From positions 1 to 57,938 of the forward strand of contig CAYPFV010000002.1 in the NCBI GenBank assembly GCA_964410015.1: 57,938 bases of DNA. The letters run 5' to 3'. This DNA is from an uncultured Bacteroidales bacterium. Lineage in GTDB: Bacteria > Bacteroidota > Bacteroidia > Bacteroidales > UBA7960. Made by a program: the position numbers and the translations under genes. A model generated the notes under the pieces. It was not told the DNA's origin. It saw nothing but the letters and a program-made list of their open reading frames with translations, and made no database searches. The stretch's first letter is position 1. Every line of letters begins with the position of its first letter. Below, piece by piece: positions 47,391 to 55,544 of the stretch.

Positions 47391-49409
47391 ATGACAAGAG
47401 ACCTGATGAACCCAAAATTAATTCTGTTGCTTGTTTTATTGCCATTTTTCAATCCTTTTGTGCTGGCTCAGGAGGTATTACTCCCTGTGCAATATAACAT
47501 CTCGAAAAAATACCATCATCAAAACGGAAATCTTTTGGATACTACACAGCAAAAAAATGACAAAAACAATCATCTGACAATCCCCTTAAAAGAAGATTTT
47601 TCATACCCCGGACCCTACCCTGATGCTAGATTCTGGACCGACAGCTTTGCTTTTATCAATAAGGGGTTTGCTATCAATCCCAAAAGTACGGGAACAGCAA
47701 CATTTGATGCCATTGATCAACGGGGAGAAATATATGCTGCTGCAGATTCCCTGAGTTTTCAGTTTGTTGCAGACCAACTAACCTCTCAACCCATCAGACT
47801 GGATTCTGTTTTTGGAGATAACCCCCAATCCCTATCCCCATCAGATAGTGTAATGCTGAGTTTTCACTATCAACCCCAGGGGAATGGAAGTCCTCCCCGG
47901 GAAAGGGACTCCCTGGTATTGCAATTTTTGCATACTCCCGCCCATTGGGAGAGCGATCCTTCCAACCCTGATGAAGATATTTGGGTAGAAGACCAATGGG
48001 AAAGCGTTTGGAAAGCAACTGGTAAATCTCTGGATGATTTTTTAAGTACTAACGATAGTACATACTTTCCATTTGTGGGCGTAATGATTGATGATGAAGC
48101 TTATTTCAGAGACGATTTTCGTTTTCGTTTTCTTAATTATGCAAGTTTCCCACAACCCAATCTGAAAAATCCTCAAAACTTCTCCGGAATTTCCACCATT
48201 TGGAATATTGATTATATCATGTTAGACAGGGGAAGAAACAAGACAGACTCTTTCTACTACGATATAACATTTGCTGAAAAACCTCAATCGGTGCTCCAAA
48301 AATATCAGGCAATGCCCTGGAAACACTATATACAAAATCCAGAGGACTATATCAGGGCAACATTTGATGTAAAAATTGCCAATCTCGACAACATTACCTA
48401 TAACTATTTTTACCGATACTTTATAGAAGATGAACAAGGTTCAAATGTAAGGAATTATTCTGGTGGATCCTGGAATATATCACCTTTTTCAGAAGCAGGG
48501 TTCCAGAATTATCAACCGCATGCCAATCCAATTGTAGTTCCAAACCCTCTGCCTGCAGACCCGGCTGATGCAAGACAATTCAAAATTTACCATGTGATCA
48601 GAGAGGGACTGCAAGGCGATCTGTGGCCATGGAACGATACAATATCACGTACACTAACTTTTGACAACTATTTTGCCTACGATGACGGAACACCAGAAAA
48701 CGGATACGGGTTGGTGGGTAATTCGGCCAAAGGAGCCGTAAGGTTTGTTTTAGGTGCAGAAGACCTGATGGACGCTGTTCAAATCTATTTCAACCCTACT
48801 TATAACGATGTTAACAATAAACCCTTCGTAATCAAAATATGGGAAAACCTCGATCCTGAGATCATCCTCTATGAATCAGAAGTACTTTTTCCCGATTTTC
48901 TGGAAGGTATTAATCAATTTGTCAATTACGAGTTTGAAGAACCTCTTTTGGTTTCGGATACTATTTATGTGGGATGGCAACAAACTACATCAGATTTTTT
49001 ACATATCGGCTTTGATACCTCAACCAACAATTCAGATCAGATCTTCTATAATACCACAGGTGAATGGATGCCATCTATTTTCGAAGGATCACTCATGTTA
49101 AGACCCGTATTCGGAGAACAACTCATAACCAACATTCATAACCACCCCGATTCAAATACAACAGAAAAACTAATTGTTTATCCTAATCCGGTGAAGGGCC
49201 AACATCTTTTCATCAAAAATTCAGGTGAGAACCTCAAAGCCGATACTGAGATAATCATTTCAGATATTGCTGGTAAGGTTATTTATCGTTCATCCTACTC
49301 AAACCAGATTGATGTTTCTGCCCTTGCCAATGGTATCTATTTCCTGCAACTGAACAGTGATAATAATTTAAAACCTGCCCAAAGCACACGTTTTATCATA
49401 GCCCGTTAA
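47391..49409 (+). CDS. Secreted hypothetical protein with a T9SS C-terminal sorting domain
   Basis: Signal peptide; 672 aa. C-terminal LIVYPNPVKGQHLFIKN...GIYFLQLNS...RFIIAR, a type A T9SS CTD. No catalytic family recognised. Confidence 0.75.
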   Translation: MTRDLMNPKLILLLVLLPFFNPFVLAQEVLLPVQYNISKKYHHQNGNLLDTTQQKNDKNNHLTIPLKEDFSYPGPYPDARFWTDSFAFINKGFAINPKSTGTATFDAIDQRGEIYAAADSLSFQFVADQLTSQPIRLDSVFGDNPQSLSPSDSVMLSFHYQPQGNGSPPRERDSLVLQFLHTPAHWESDPSNPDEDIWVEDQWESVWKATGKSLDDFLSTNDSTYFPFVGVMIDDEAYFRDDFRFRFLNYASFPQPNLKNPQNFSGISTIWNIDYIMLDRGRNKTDSFYYDITFAEKPQSVLQKYQAMPWKHYIQNPEDYIRATFDVKIANLDNITYNYFYRYFIEDEQGSNVRNYSGGSWNISPFSEAGFQNYQPHANPIVVPNPLPADPADARQFKIYHVIREGLQGDLWPWNDTISRTLTFDNYFAYDDGTPENGYGLVGNSAKGAVRFVLGAEDLMDAVQIYFNPTYNDVNNKPFVIKIWENLDPEIILYESEVLFPDFLEGINQFVNYEFEEPLLVSDTIYVGWQQTTSDFLHIGFDTSTNNSDQIFYNTTGEWMPSIFEGSLMLRPVFGEQLITNIHNHPDSNTTEKLIVYPNPVKGQHLFIKNSGENLKADTEIIISDIAGKVIYRSSYSNQIDVSALANGIYFLQLNSDNNLKPAQSTRFIIAR

Positions 49410-49423
49410 AACTTTCTTTTCCT

Positions 49424-50536
49424 ATGAAAGAAGAATTGAACGACAATAATGAAGTAAATAATCTGCCGGATAGTGATGACGAACAGGAGTTATACGAGCA
49501 TCACAGGTTTGTATCAGATCGCGGACAAGGGTTCATCAGGGTAGATAAGTTTTTGCTTTCGAGAATGGAAAATACCAGTCGCAATAAAATACAAAATGCA
49601 GCCAAAGCAGGAAACATTTTGGTAAACAACCAACAGGTAAAATCTAACTACAAAGTAAAACCCCTGGATGTGGTAACCATTGTATTGGCTTACCCGCCCA
49701 GGGAAATTGAGATCGTTCCGCAAAACATCCCCCTCGATGTTATCTATGAAGACGAATACATCCTGATCATTAACAAACCAGCTGGTATGGTTGTGCATCC
49801 CGGACACGGTAATTATACAGGTACATTGGTAAATGCTCTTGTGTATCGCTTCAAAGACCTGCCCAGGCAAAACGACGAAGGCATAAAACCGGGTTTGGTA
49901 CACAGAATTGATAAAAACACCTCTGGTATTATTCTCATTGCAAAAACCGAATTGGCTCAAACCCGGCTGGCAAAAATGTTTTTCGATCGCAAAATAGACC
50001 GCCTTTACCATGCTCTGGTGTGGGGAAAACTAAAAGAAGATAGCGGAACCATTACAGGACACATTGGGAGAAGCTTAAAAAACCGGCAGATAATGGATGT
50101 TTTCCCGGATGGGAACTATGGAAAACATGCCATAACCCATTATAAAACATTAGAAAAATTTGGATATGTTTCGCTGGTAGAATGTAAACTTGAGACAGGA
50201 AGAACACACCAAATCAGAGCACATTTCAAATATGCCGGACATCCTTTGTTTAATGATGAAAACTATGGTGGTGATAAAATTTTGAAAGGCACAACTTTCA
50301 CCAAATACAGGCAATTTGTACAAAATTGTTTTAAAACCTGCCCACGTCATGCACTACATGCCAAAACTCTTGCCTTTGAACATCCTATAACTGGTGAAAG
50401 TATGTTTTTCGATTCTGATATTGCACCCGATATGAAGGAAATGATCAACAAATGGCGACATTATGCCCAACATAAAAATTATGAGGATAACATAGGTTCC
50501 GCACCCACCGGTAGAAATGCGGAACCCATTGATTAA
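49424..50536 (+). CDS. rluD: 23S rRNA pseudouridine synthase, RluA/RluD family
   Basis: S4 domain (RVDKFL...SRNKIQNAAKAGNILVN), catalytic motif GLVHRIDKNTSG, and HQIRAH. Confidence 0.9.
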   Translation: MKEELNDNNEVNNLPDSDDEQELYEHHRFVSDRGQGFIRVDKFLLSRMENTSRNKIQNAAKAGNILVNNQQVKSNYKVKPLDVVTIVLAYPPREIEIVPQNIPLDVIYEDEYILIINKPAGMVVHPGHGNYTGTLVNALVYRFKDLPRQNDEGIKPGLVHRIDKNTSGIILIAKTELAQTRLAKMFFDRKIDRLYHALVWGKLKEDSGTITGHIGRSLKNRQIMDVFPDGNYGKHAITHYKTLEKFGYVSLVECKLETGRTHQIRAHFKYAGHPLFNDENYGGDKILKGTTFTKYRQFVQNCFKTCPRHALHAKTLAFEHPITGESMFFDSDIAPDMKEMINKWRHYAQHKNYEDNIGSAPTGRNAEPID

Positions 50537-50545
50537 TCTGTTTTT

Positions 50546-52975
50546 TTAAAATCTTAACCTCATGCCGGCAAGGTAATGCCTGCCAGCCTGTGGAAAATAT
50601 CCATCTTCAATGGAAACCAATCCCTCTGAACCCAGATAACCTTTGTATATCCAGGCATTGGTAATATATTCAACATCTAAAATATTGTTAATCAAAAAGG
50701 TGAACTCCAAACGATTTAAAAAAGAATTATTGATTTCATATGAGAAACCTAAATCATTTACCAGGTAAGCATCAAGCTTACGATCATTACTCATGGTGTT
50801 ATCAATAAACTGATCACCTACATATTTTGAATAAAGATTAATGTGAAGATCTTCCAGTGGAGTATAGCGGAAATGACTGCCAGAAACCACAGATGGGGAA
50901 AAAGCAATATCAGTGTTTTTGTATGTTTCTTCCTGCGATCCCATCCAATTCCAATCCTCATCATATACATCAGAATACTCAGTAAAAGTAGGAATCTTAT
51001 TTCTGCTAAAGGCCAGGTTTGCTGTCCAATCAAGTTTTTCTGTTATGTTTACTGAACCTTCAAACTCAATCCCCATGCGATAACTGTCTTTAATATTTGC
51101 ACGTGAGAATCCACCTACATCATTGATCTCACCGGTAAGAATCAGTTGATTATCATAGTCCATAAGATAAACATTTACGCCCACTCTGGTATTGGAACTC
51201 TGATAGCGGTAACCTGCCTCAACATTATAAAGTGTTTCATGTGTTGGTCTGGATTCCGGTGAAGATTCTGTAAAATCACGTCTAACCGGTTCGCGATTAC
51301 TTATTCCTGCAAAACCATACGCTTCATGTGCTTTTCCAAACTTATAAAGCAAACCTGCTTTAGGATTAAAAAAATGGAAGACAGCACGCTGATCAAGAGA
51401 TGAAACCTCGTTGTCAACCAGTGCCAAACCCGTAAAGTCGTAAATAATATTGCGGTATTGAAGATCGGTAAACAAAAATAATCCCTCAGATAGCTGATAA
51501 TTGATTTTAATAAAGTTATTAAAATCAGACTTCTGTGCATCGTTATCATAAAACCGCTGGTCTTTTTCTATATTTTGTGCAAGAGCAGCCCAAATGATCT
51601 CTCCAAAATGGTCGCCTTCATAAATATTAAAACCACCGCCAAAAGTCATATCAAATCTATTGAATGTGTTATACTTTAACGAGTATGTAATACCATAAAA
51701 ATGATTGTCGAGCCAGCGGCGTCTGATCAGGTCTGTTTCCGTAAACAAAGTCGATTCAATGGTTACATCTTCAAGTCCGTAATCCTGGAAACTTTCATCT
51801 TCACGATATTGCTCGTAATAGCCCCGTCCGTAGGTATAATGCAAAGAACTGTTGGCAATCAGGGAGGGATTAAATTCATGTGTAAAATGTAATTGATAAT
51901 GATCCTGTTGATAATTATCAGTTTCATTCTCATAAAACTTCATGTTGCCATCATCATCAAAATACATCCCTGAGGGATTAAACCTGCGATCGGTTTCCAA
52001 CATATCGCCCGGAACTCCATTCCATGCCTGATAGGTTTTTTCGGTTCCGCTAAAAGTGATTGCTTTTACAACGGTGTTTTTTCCATAATATCCGCCAGAA
52101 AGATAAAAAGACTTCAGGTCAGAGGAAGCCCTGTCGATAAAACCATCTGAAGATATCCGGGAAAGTCGTCCGTCAAAGACCCAGTGGTCGCCCATCAATC
52201 CGGTTCCGAAATTCACTGTATTTCGTAATGTATTGAACGAACCTCCGGAGGAATGTACTTCACCATAAGCTTCTTTTTTCAGGTCGGTTGTATTTAAACT
52301 GATAGTAGCGCCAAAAGCAGCGGCACCCTGTGTACTAACCCCCACCCCTCTTTGTATTTGTATATTATCTGACGAAGAAGCAATATCGGGCATATTTACC
52401 CACCAAACACCATGAGATTCTGCATCATTTACAGGTATACCATTCAACGTTACATTGATGCGCGAATTATCGCTTCCCCGGATATTCATCCAGGTATATC
52501 CTACTCCGGCACCTGCATCTGAGCTGGTAACCAAACTGGTTGTTAAGGAGAGCAATACAGGCAGATCCTGTCCGAGATTTCGCATCTCAATCTCTTCCTT
52601 ATTTACACTGGTAAATGTAGAAGGCGTTTTTTCATCTGCGCGGGTGGAGTTTACAATCACTTCCTGGGTCATCAAAGAAGCTTTTTCCAATAATATTTCT
52701 TTGAAATTCTCCTCTGATGGGTTTATTTCAAATGTTTTTGTCTCAAAACCCAGGAAGGAAATCTCAAAAGTGTATTGCCGGGGTTGCAGGTTTGTAAATG
52801 AAAAACGACCTTCAGCGTCGGTAAAAGTACCCAGAAAAGTACCCTTTATGACCACATGAGCGCCAGGAAGCGTTTTTTGATTCTGTTGATCCCTTACCAC
52901 ACCTTCAAAAGTGTGTTGTGCATACAGCGTAAAACATCCCAGGGTAAGGATTGCTGCTAAAAAAAATCTGTTCAT
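50546..52975 (-). CDS. TonB-dependent receptor (thiamine-related, riboswitch-controlled)
   Basis: Carboxypeptidase-regulatory-like N-terminus (FEGVVRDQQNQKTLPGAHVVIKG), plug (MNIRGSDNSRINVTLNGIPVND), terminal ...GMRLRF. Preceded by a TPP riboswitch. Confidence 0.9.
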   Translation of the reverse strand: MNRFFLAAILTLGCFTLYAQHTFEGVVRDQQNQKTLPGAHVVIKGTFLGTFTDAEGRFSFTNLQPRQYTFEISFLGFETKTFEINPSEENFKEILLEKASLMTQEVIVNSTRADEKTPSTFTSVNKEEIEMRNLGQDLPVLLSLTTSLVTSSDAGAGVGYTWMNIRGSDNSRINVTLNGIPVNDAESHGVWWVNMPDIASSSDNIQIQRGVGVSTQGAAAFGATISLNTTDLKKEAYGEVHSSGGSFNTLRNTVNFGTGLMGDHWVFDGRLSRISSDGFIDRASSDLKSFYLSGGYYGKNTVVKAITFSGTEKTYQAWNGVPGDMLETDRRFNPSGMYFDDDGNMKFYENETDNYQQDHYQLHFTHEFNPSLIANSSLHYTYGRGYYEQYREDESFQDYGLEDVTIESTLFTETDLIRRRWLDNHFYGITYSLKYNTFNRFDMTFGGGFNIYEGDHFGEIIWAALAQNIEKDQRFYDNDAQKSDFNNFIKINYQLSEGLFLFTDLQYRNIIYDFTGLALVDNEVSSLDQRAVFHFFNPKAGLLYKFGKAHEAYGFAGISNREPVRRDFTESSPESRPTHETLYNVEAGYRYQSSNTRVGVNVYLMDYDNQLILTGEINDVGGFSRANIKDSYRMGIEFEGSVNITEKLDWTANLAFSRNKIPTFTEYSDVYDEDWNWMGSQEETYKNTDIAFSPSVVSGSHFRYTPLEDLHINLYSKYVGDQFIDNTMSNDRKLDAYLVNDLGFSYEINNSFLNRLEFTFLINNILDVEYITNAWIYKGYLGSEGLVSIEDGYFPQAGRHYLAGMRLRF

Positions 52976-53035
52976 TTTTATTGATTTATTTTGGGTTGAA
53001 CTTATGAGGGCAATAGGGTAAATCCCTCGTTAGTT

Positions 53036-53112
53036 ATTCCCTTCCCTTCGCCGGCATTATCCGGATCAGGTTCAATGGGTTTGATCTCAGCCCGTAATTT
53101 AGGGCACCCCTA
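53036..53112 (-). promoter_or_regulatory. TPP (THI-box) riboswitch aptamer
   Basis: The minus strand reads AGGGGUGCCCUAAAUUACGGGCUGAGAUCAAACCCAUUGAACCUGAUCCGGAUAAUGCCGGCGAAGGGAAGG. It contains the invariant THI-box blocks GGGGUGC, CUGAGA, ACCC and GAACCUGAUC.GGAUAAUGCC.GCG.AGGGA in the canonical order. Confidence 0.9.
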
Positions 53113-53340
53113 TTTTGATATGTTGTGCAAATGTAATAACATTTTCCAGTTTGTTAGTGCTACTTTAACAGATTTTAAATTGCTGAAACCCTTGTTTTCA
53201 CAATAAAAACATACATATTGCCCAAAATATCAAGCAACTAAACCAACTTTGGCTCACAACAAAACGACATGAAATGAGGTAACTGAAATAACAAATATCC
53301 TTATATTCTATTCCCCTTGTACAAAAAGATTTTTTTACCT

Positions 53341-53487
53341 TTACCTGTTTACCGTTTGATAAATTGAATTCTCCTTTTTTTCAATGAAAAGCGCTGCTCA
53401 AAAATATCCGTTTTATATTTATTGCTGTAGCACGAAATTTTAATCAGCTTTGTGCAGGTCAATAATATTGCTATGGATCGGTTCAAT
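53341..53487 (+). repeat. Degenerate copy (D) of the intergenic repeat, with a hairpin insertion
   Basis: TTACCTGTTTACCGTTTGATAAATT[...ATTGAA-TTCTCCTTTTT-TTCAAT...]GCTCAAAAATATCCGTTTTATATTT..CACGAAATTTTAATCAGCTTTGTGCAGGTCAATAATATTGCTATGGATCGGTTCAA. Confidence 0.55.
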
Positions 53488-53593
53488 TGATTACTTTTGC
53501 AATGGAGTAAAAAAAACTATAAAGACCAGAAATAATTATGCACAATGCTGGTCTGAGAGAACAAAACCAAAGACCTGAAAAAACTATATATCT

Positions 53594-54034
53594 ATGAAAA
53601 TCTCAATCATCAACGGACCCAATTTAAACTTGCTCGGTACCCGTGAAACCTCTGTTTATGGTAATGCTTTTTTTGAAGACTATTATGAGAAACTAAAAAA
53701 AAGATACCCTGAAATAACCTTTGATTATTTCCAGAGCAATGTTGAGGGAGAACTCATCAATCGCCTTCATGAGAAGGGTTTTGTAAGCGATGCCATTATT
53801 CTGAACGCAGGTGCTTACACACACACTTCTGTTGCCATAGGCGATGCTGTTTTGGCAATCAATGCACCCGTAGTGGAAGTGCATCTTAGCAATGTTTTTG
53901 CACGCGAAGATTTCAGACATAGCTCCTTCATTGCACCGGCATGTGCCGGTAGCATTTCCGGATTTGGGTTGAGTAGTTACCGCCTGGCAGTAGAAAGTAT
54001 TCTTGACAAATCAGAATCAGGTAGCAGGGGTTGA
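53594..54034 (+). CDS. aroQ: Type II 3-dehydroquinate dehydratase
   Basis: MKISIINGPNLNLLGTRE..(V/I)YG......FQSN.EGELI..(L/I)H......IILN.GAYTHTS(V/I)A(I/L).DA......P.VEVH(L/I)SN. Confidence 0.9.
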   Translation: MKISIINGPNLNLLGTRETSVYGNAFFEDYYEKLKKRYPEITFDYFQSNVEGELINRLHEKGFVSDAIILNAGAYTHTSVAIGDAVLAINAPVVEVHLSNVFAREDFRHSSFIAPACAGSISGFGLSSYRLAVESILDKSESGSRG

Positions 54035-55114
54035 TCCAAACTTGTATATGGTGGTAGATTTGAAAGCACGACCCGGTTCCAGTACCACAGAAGGAAAGTG
54101 TTGGTGGTGCGGTGAATCCGGGAAATGCTGCGTTTCAAGACAAAACCCAGATCTACTGATGTTTGGTTGCCCTTTCTTTCCTAAACAGGCACCATCAAGA
54201 GTATTACCTGTGTAAAACTGTAATCCCGGTTCGCTAGTCAATACATCCAGCCTGCGTCCAGAAGCAGGAGAATATATGCTTGCTGCCATAACCAGACCAT
54301 CTGCTGTGGCATTGCCGCGGTTAATCACAAAGTTATGATCATAACCCAATCCATATCTTAGTTGATCGTGCTCTGTATCAATCTCATCTCCTATCCTTTT
54401 AAATTCCCTGAAATCAAAAGGTGTACCCTCAACCGGTGCAATTTCACCATTGGGCACATTTTTACTATTCATGGGAGTATATTTTTGGGCATTGATCTTC
54501 AAAACATGATTCAATACATTTTGATCTCCCTCTCCATCTAAATTAAAATAGGGATGAGATGTAAGATTAATGATGGTTGTGGCATCGGTAGTGGCGTTGT
54601 ATGATATTTCCAGTTCATGGTTATCATGCAGGGTATAGATTACATTCACCCTTATATTTCCAGGATAACCGGAAGACATGTGCGGCAAAAAGTAAGATAA
54701 TTCCAGGTGTTTATCGTCATGCGAAACCACATCCCAGATTACTTTATGAAATCCTTTTTCTCCACCATGTAGATGATTGGTTCCATTATTTGCCTCAAGC
54801 TCATAATGCTTACCATTCAGATCAAAAGATGCATTGGCAATACGGTTGGCAAATGGACCGATAAGTGCCCCATAACAGTAATTATCCTTCTCAATGTATT
54901 CTTTTGCCGTAAGGAAACCAAGCACGATATCGTCCCAAACACCGTTTTTATCCGGAGTGAGTAGCGAAACAATACGCCCGCCATAATTGGTGATGAAAAC
55001 CTGCATCCCTTTACTGTTTTGTAAGGCATACAGAGATATCTGCTTCCCATCTTTGTGTATCAGAAAGTCTTCTTTCCTGGGTATTTTTAGATCATTAAAA
55101 AGGTTTTTGCCCAT
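54017..55114 (-). CDS. galM: Aldose 1-epimerase (galactose mutarotase)
   Basis: GGRI.SL..PDK.G...D(I/V)VLG, NHLHGG..GF....W, LTSHPYFNL and ETQHFPDSP motifs. The 3' end overlaps the aroQ 3' end by 18 nt. Confidence 0.9.
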   Translation of the reverse strand: MGKNLFNDLKIPRKEDFLIHKDGKQISLYALQNSKGMQVFITNYGGRIVSLLTPDKNGVWDDIVLGFLTAKEYIEKDNYCYGALIGPFANRIANASFDLNGKHYELEANNGTNHLHGGEKGFHKVIWDVVSHDDKHLELSYFLPHMSSGYPGNIRVNVIYTLHDNHELEISYNATTDATTIINLTSHPYFNLDGEGDQNVLNHVLKINAQKYTPMNSKNVPNGEIAPVEGTPFDFREFKRIGDEIDTEHDQLRYGLGYDHNFVINRGNATADGLVMAASIYSPASGRRLDVLTSEPGLQFYTGNTLDGACLGKKGQPNISRSGFCLETQHFPDSPHHQHFPSVVLEPGRAFKSTTIYKFGSTPAT

Positions 55115-55242
55115 TTTAAAATTTATTTTTTGATTAAAAAATCAGATATTTGTGAAAAATTATTTTTCCAGTTTTTATGAGACAGTTTTCTCATCATTAC
55201 TGACATTAAGGTTTTTCGTTGTTTTTTAAACTTTCTGCATGA

Positions 55243-55389
55243 TTCATCTGCTAATAATTCCGATGCAACAGGTTCTCGTTTTTTTTTAACGAGAGCGCCC
55301 GCAAACACTATTTGTTATGGACTTTTTACCATGTTGCGAAATTACAATCTTTCGTGTGTTTATCAATATTATTCTCATGGTCAGTTCAT
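55243..55389 (+). repeat. Intergenic repeat unit, copy H (with a hairpin insertion)
   Basis: TTCATCTGCTAATAATTCCGATGCAACAG[GTTCTCGTT-TTTTTTT-AACGAGAGC]GCCCGCAAACAC...GCGAAATTACAATCTTTCGTGTGTTTATCAATATTATTCTCATGGTCAGTTCAT. Confidence 0.8.
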
Positions 55390-55544
55390 CACACTTTATG
55401 ATAAATTGCTTTATTAGCGATAATTTTCGGCGGCAAAGATAATGATAGTTCATAAGTTTGTTTACTTTTTTCAGTTTGAAATCATTGACAAAAGAGAAGA
55501 ATTTACATTTATCCATCATAAATATAATTAAACATTCAAACACT

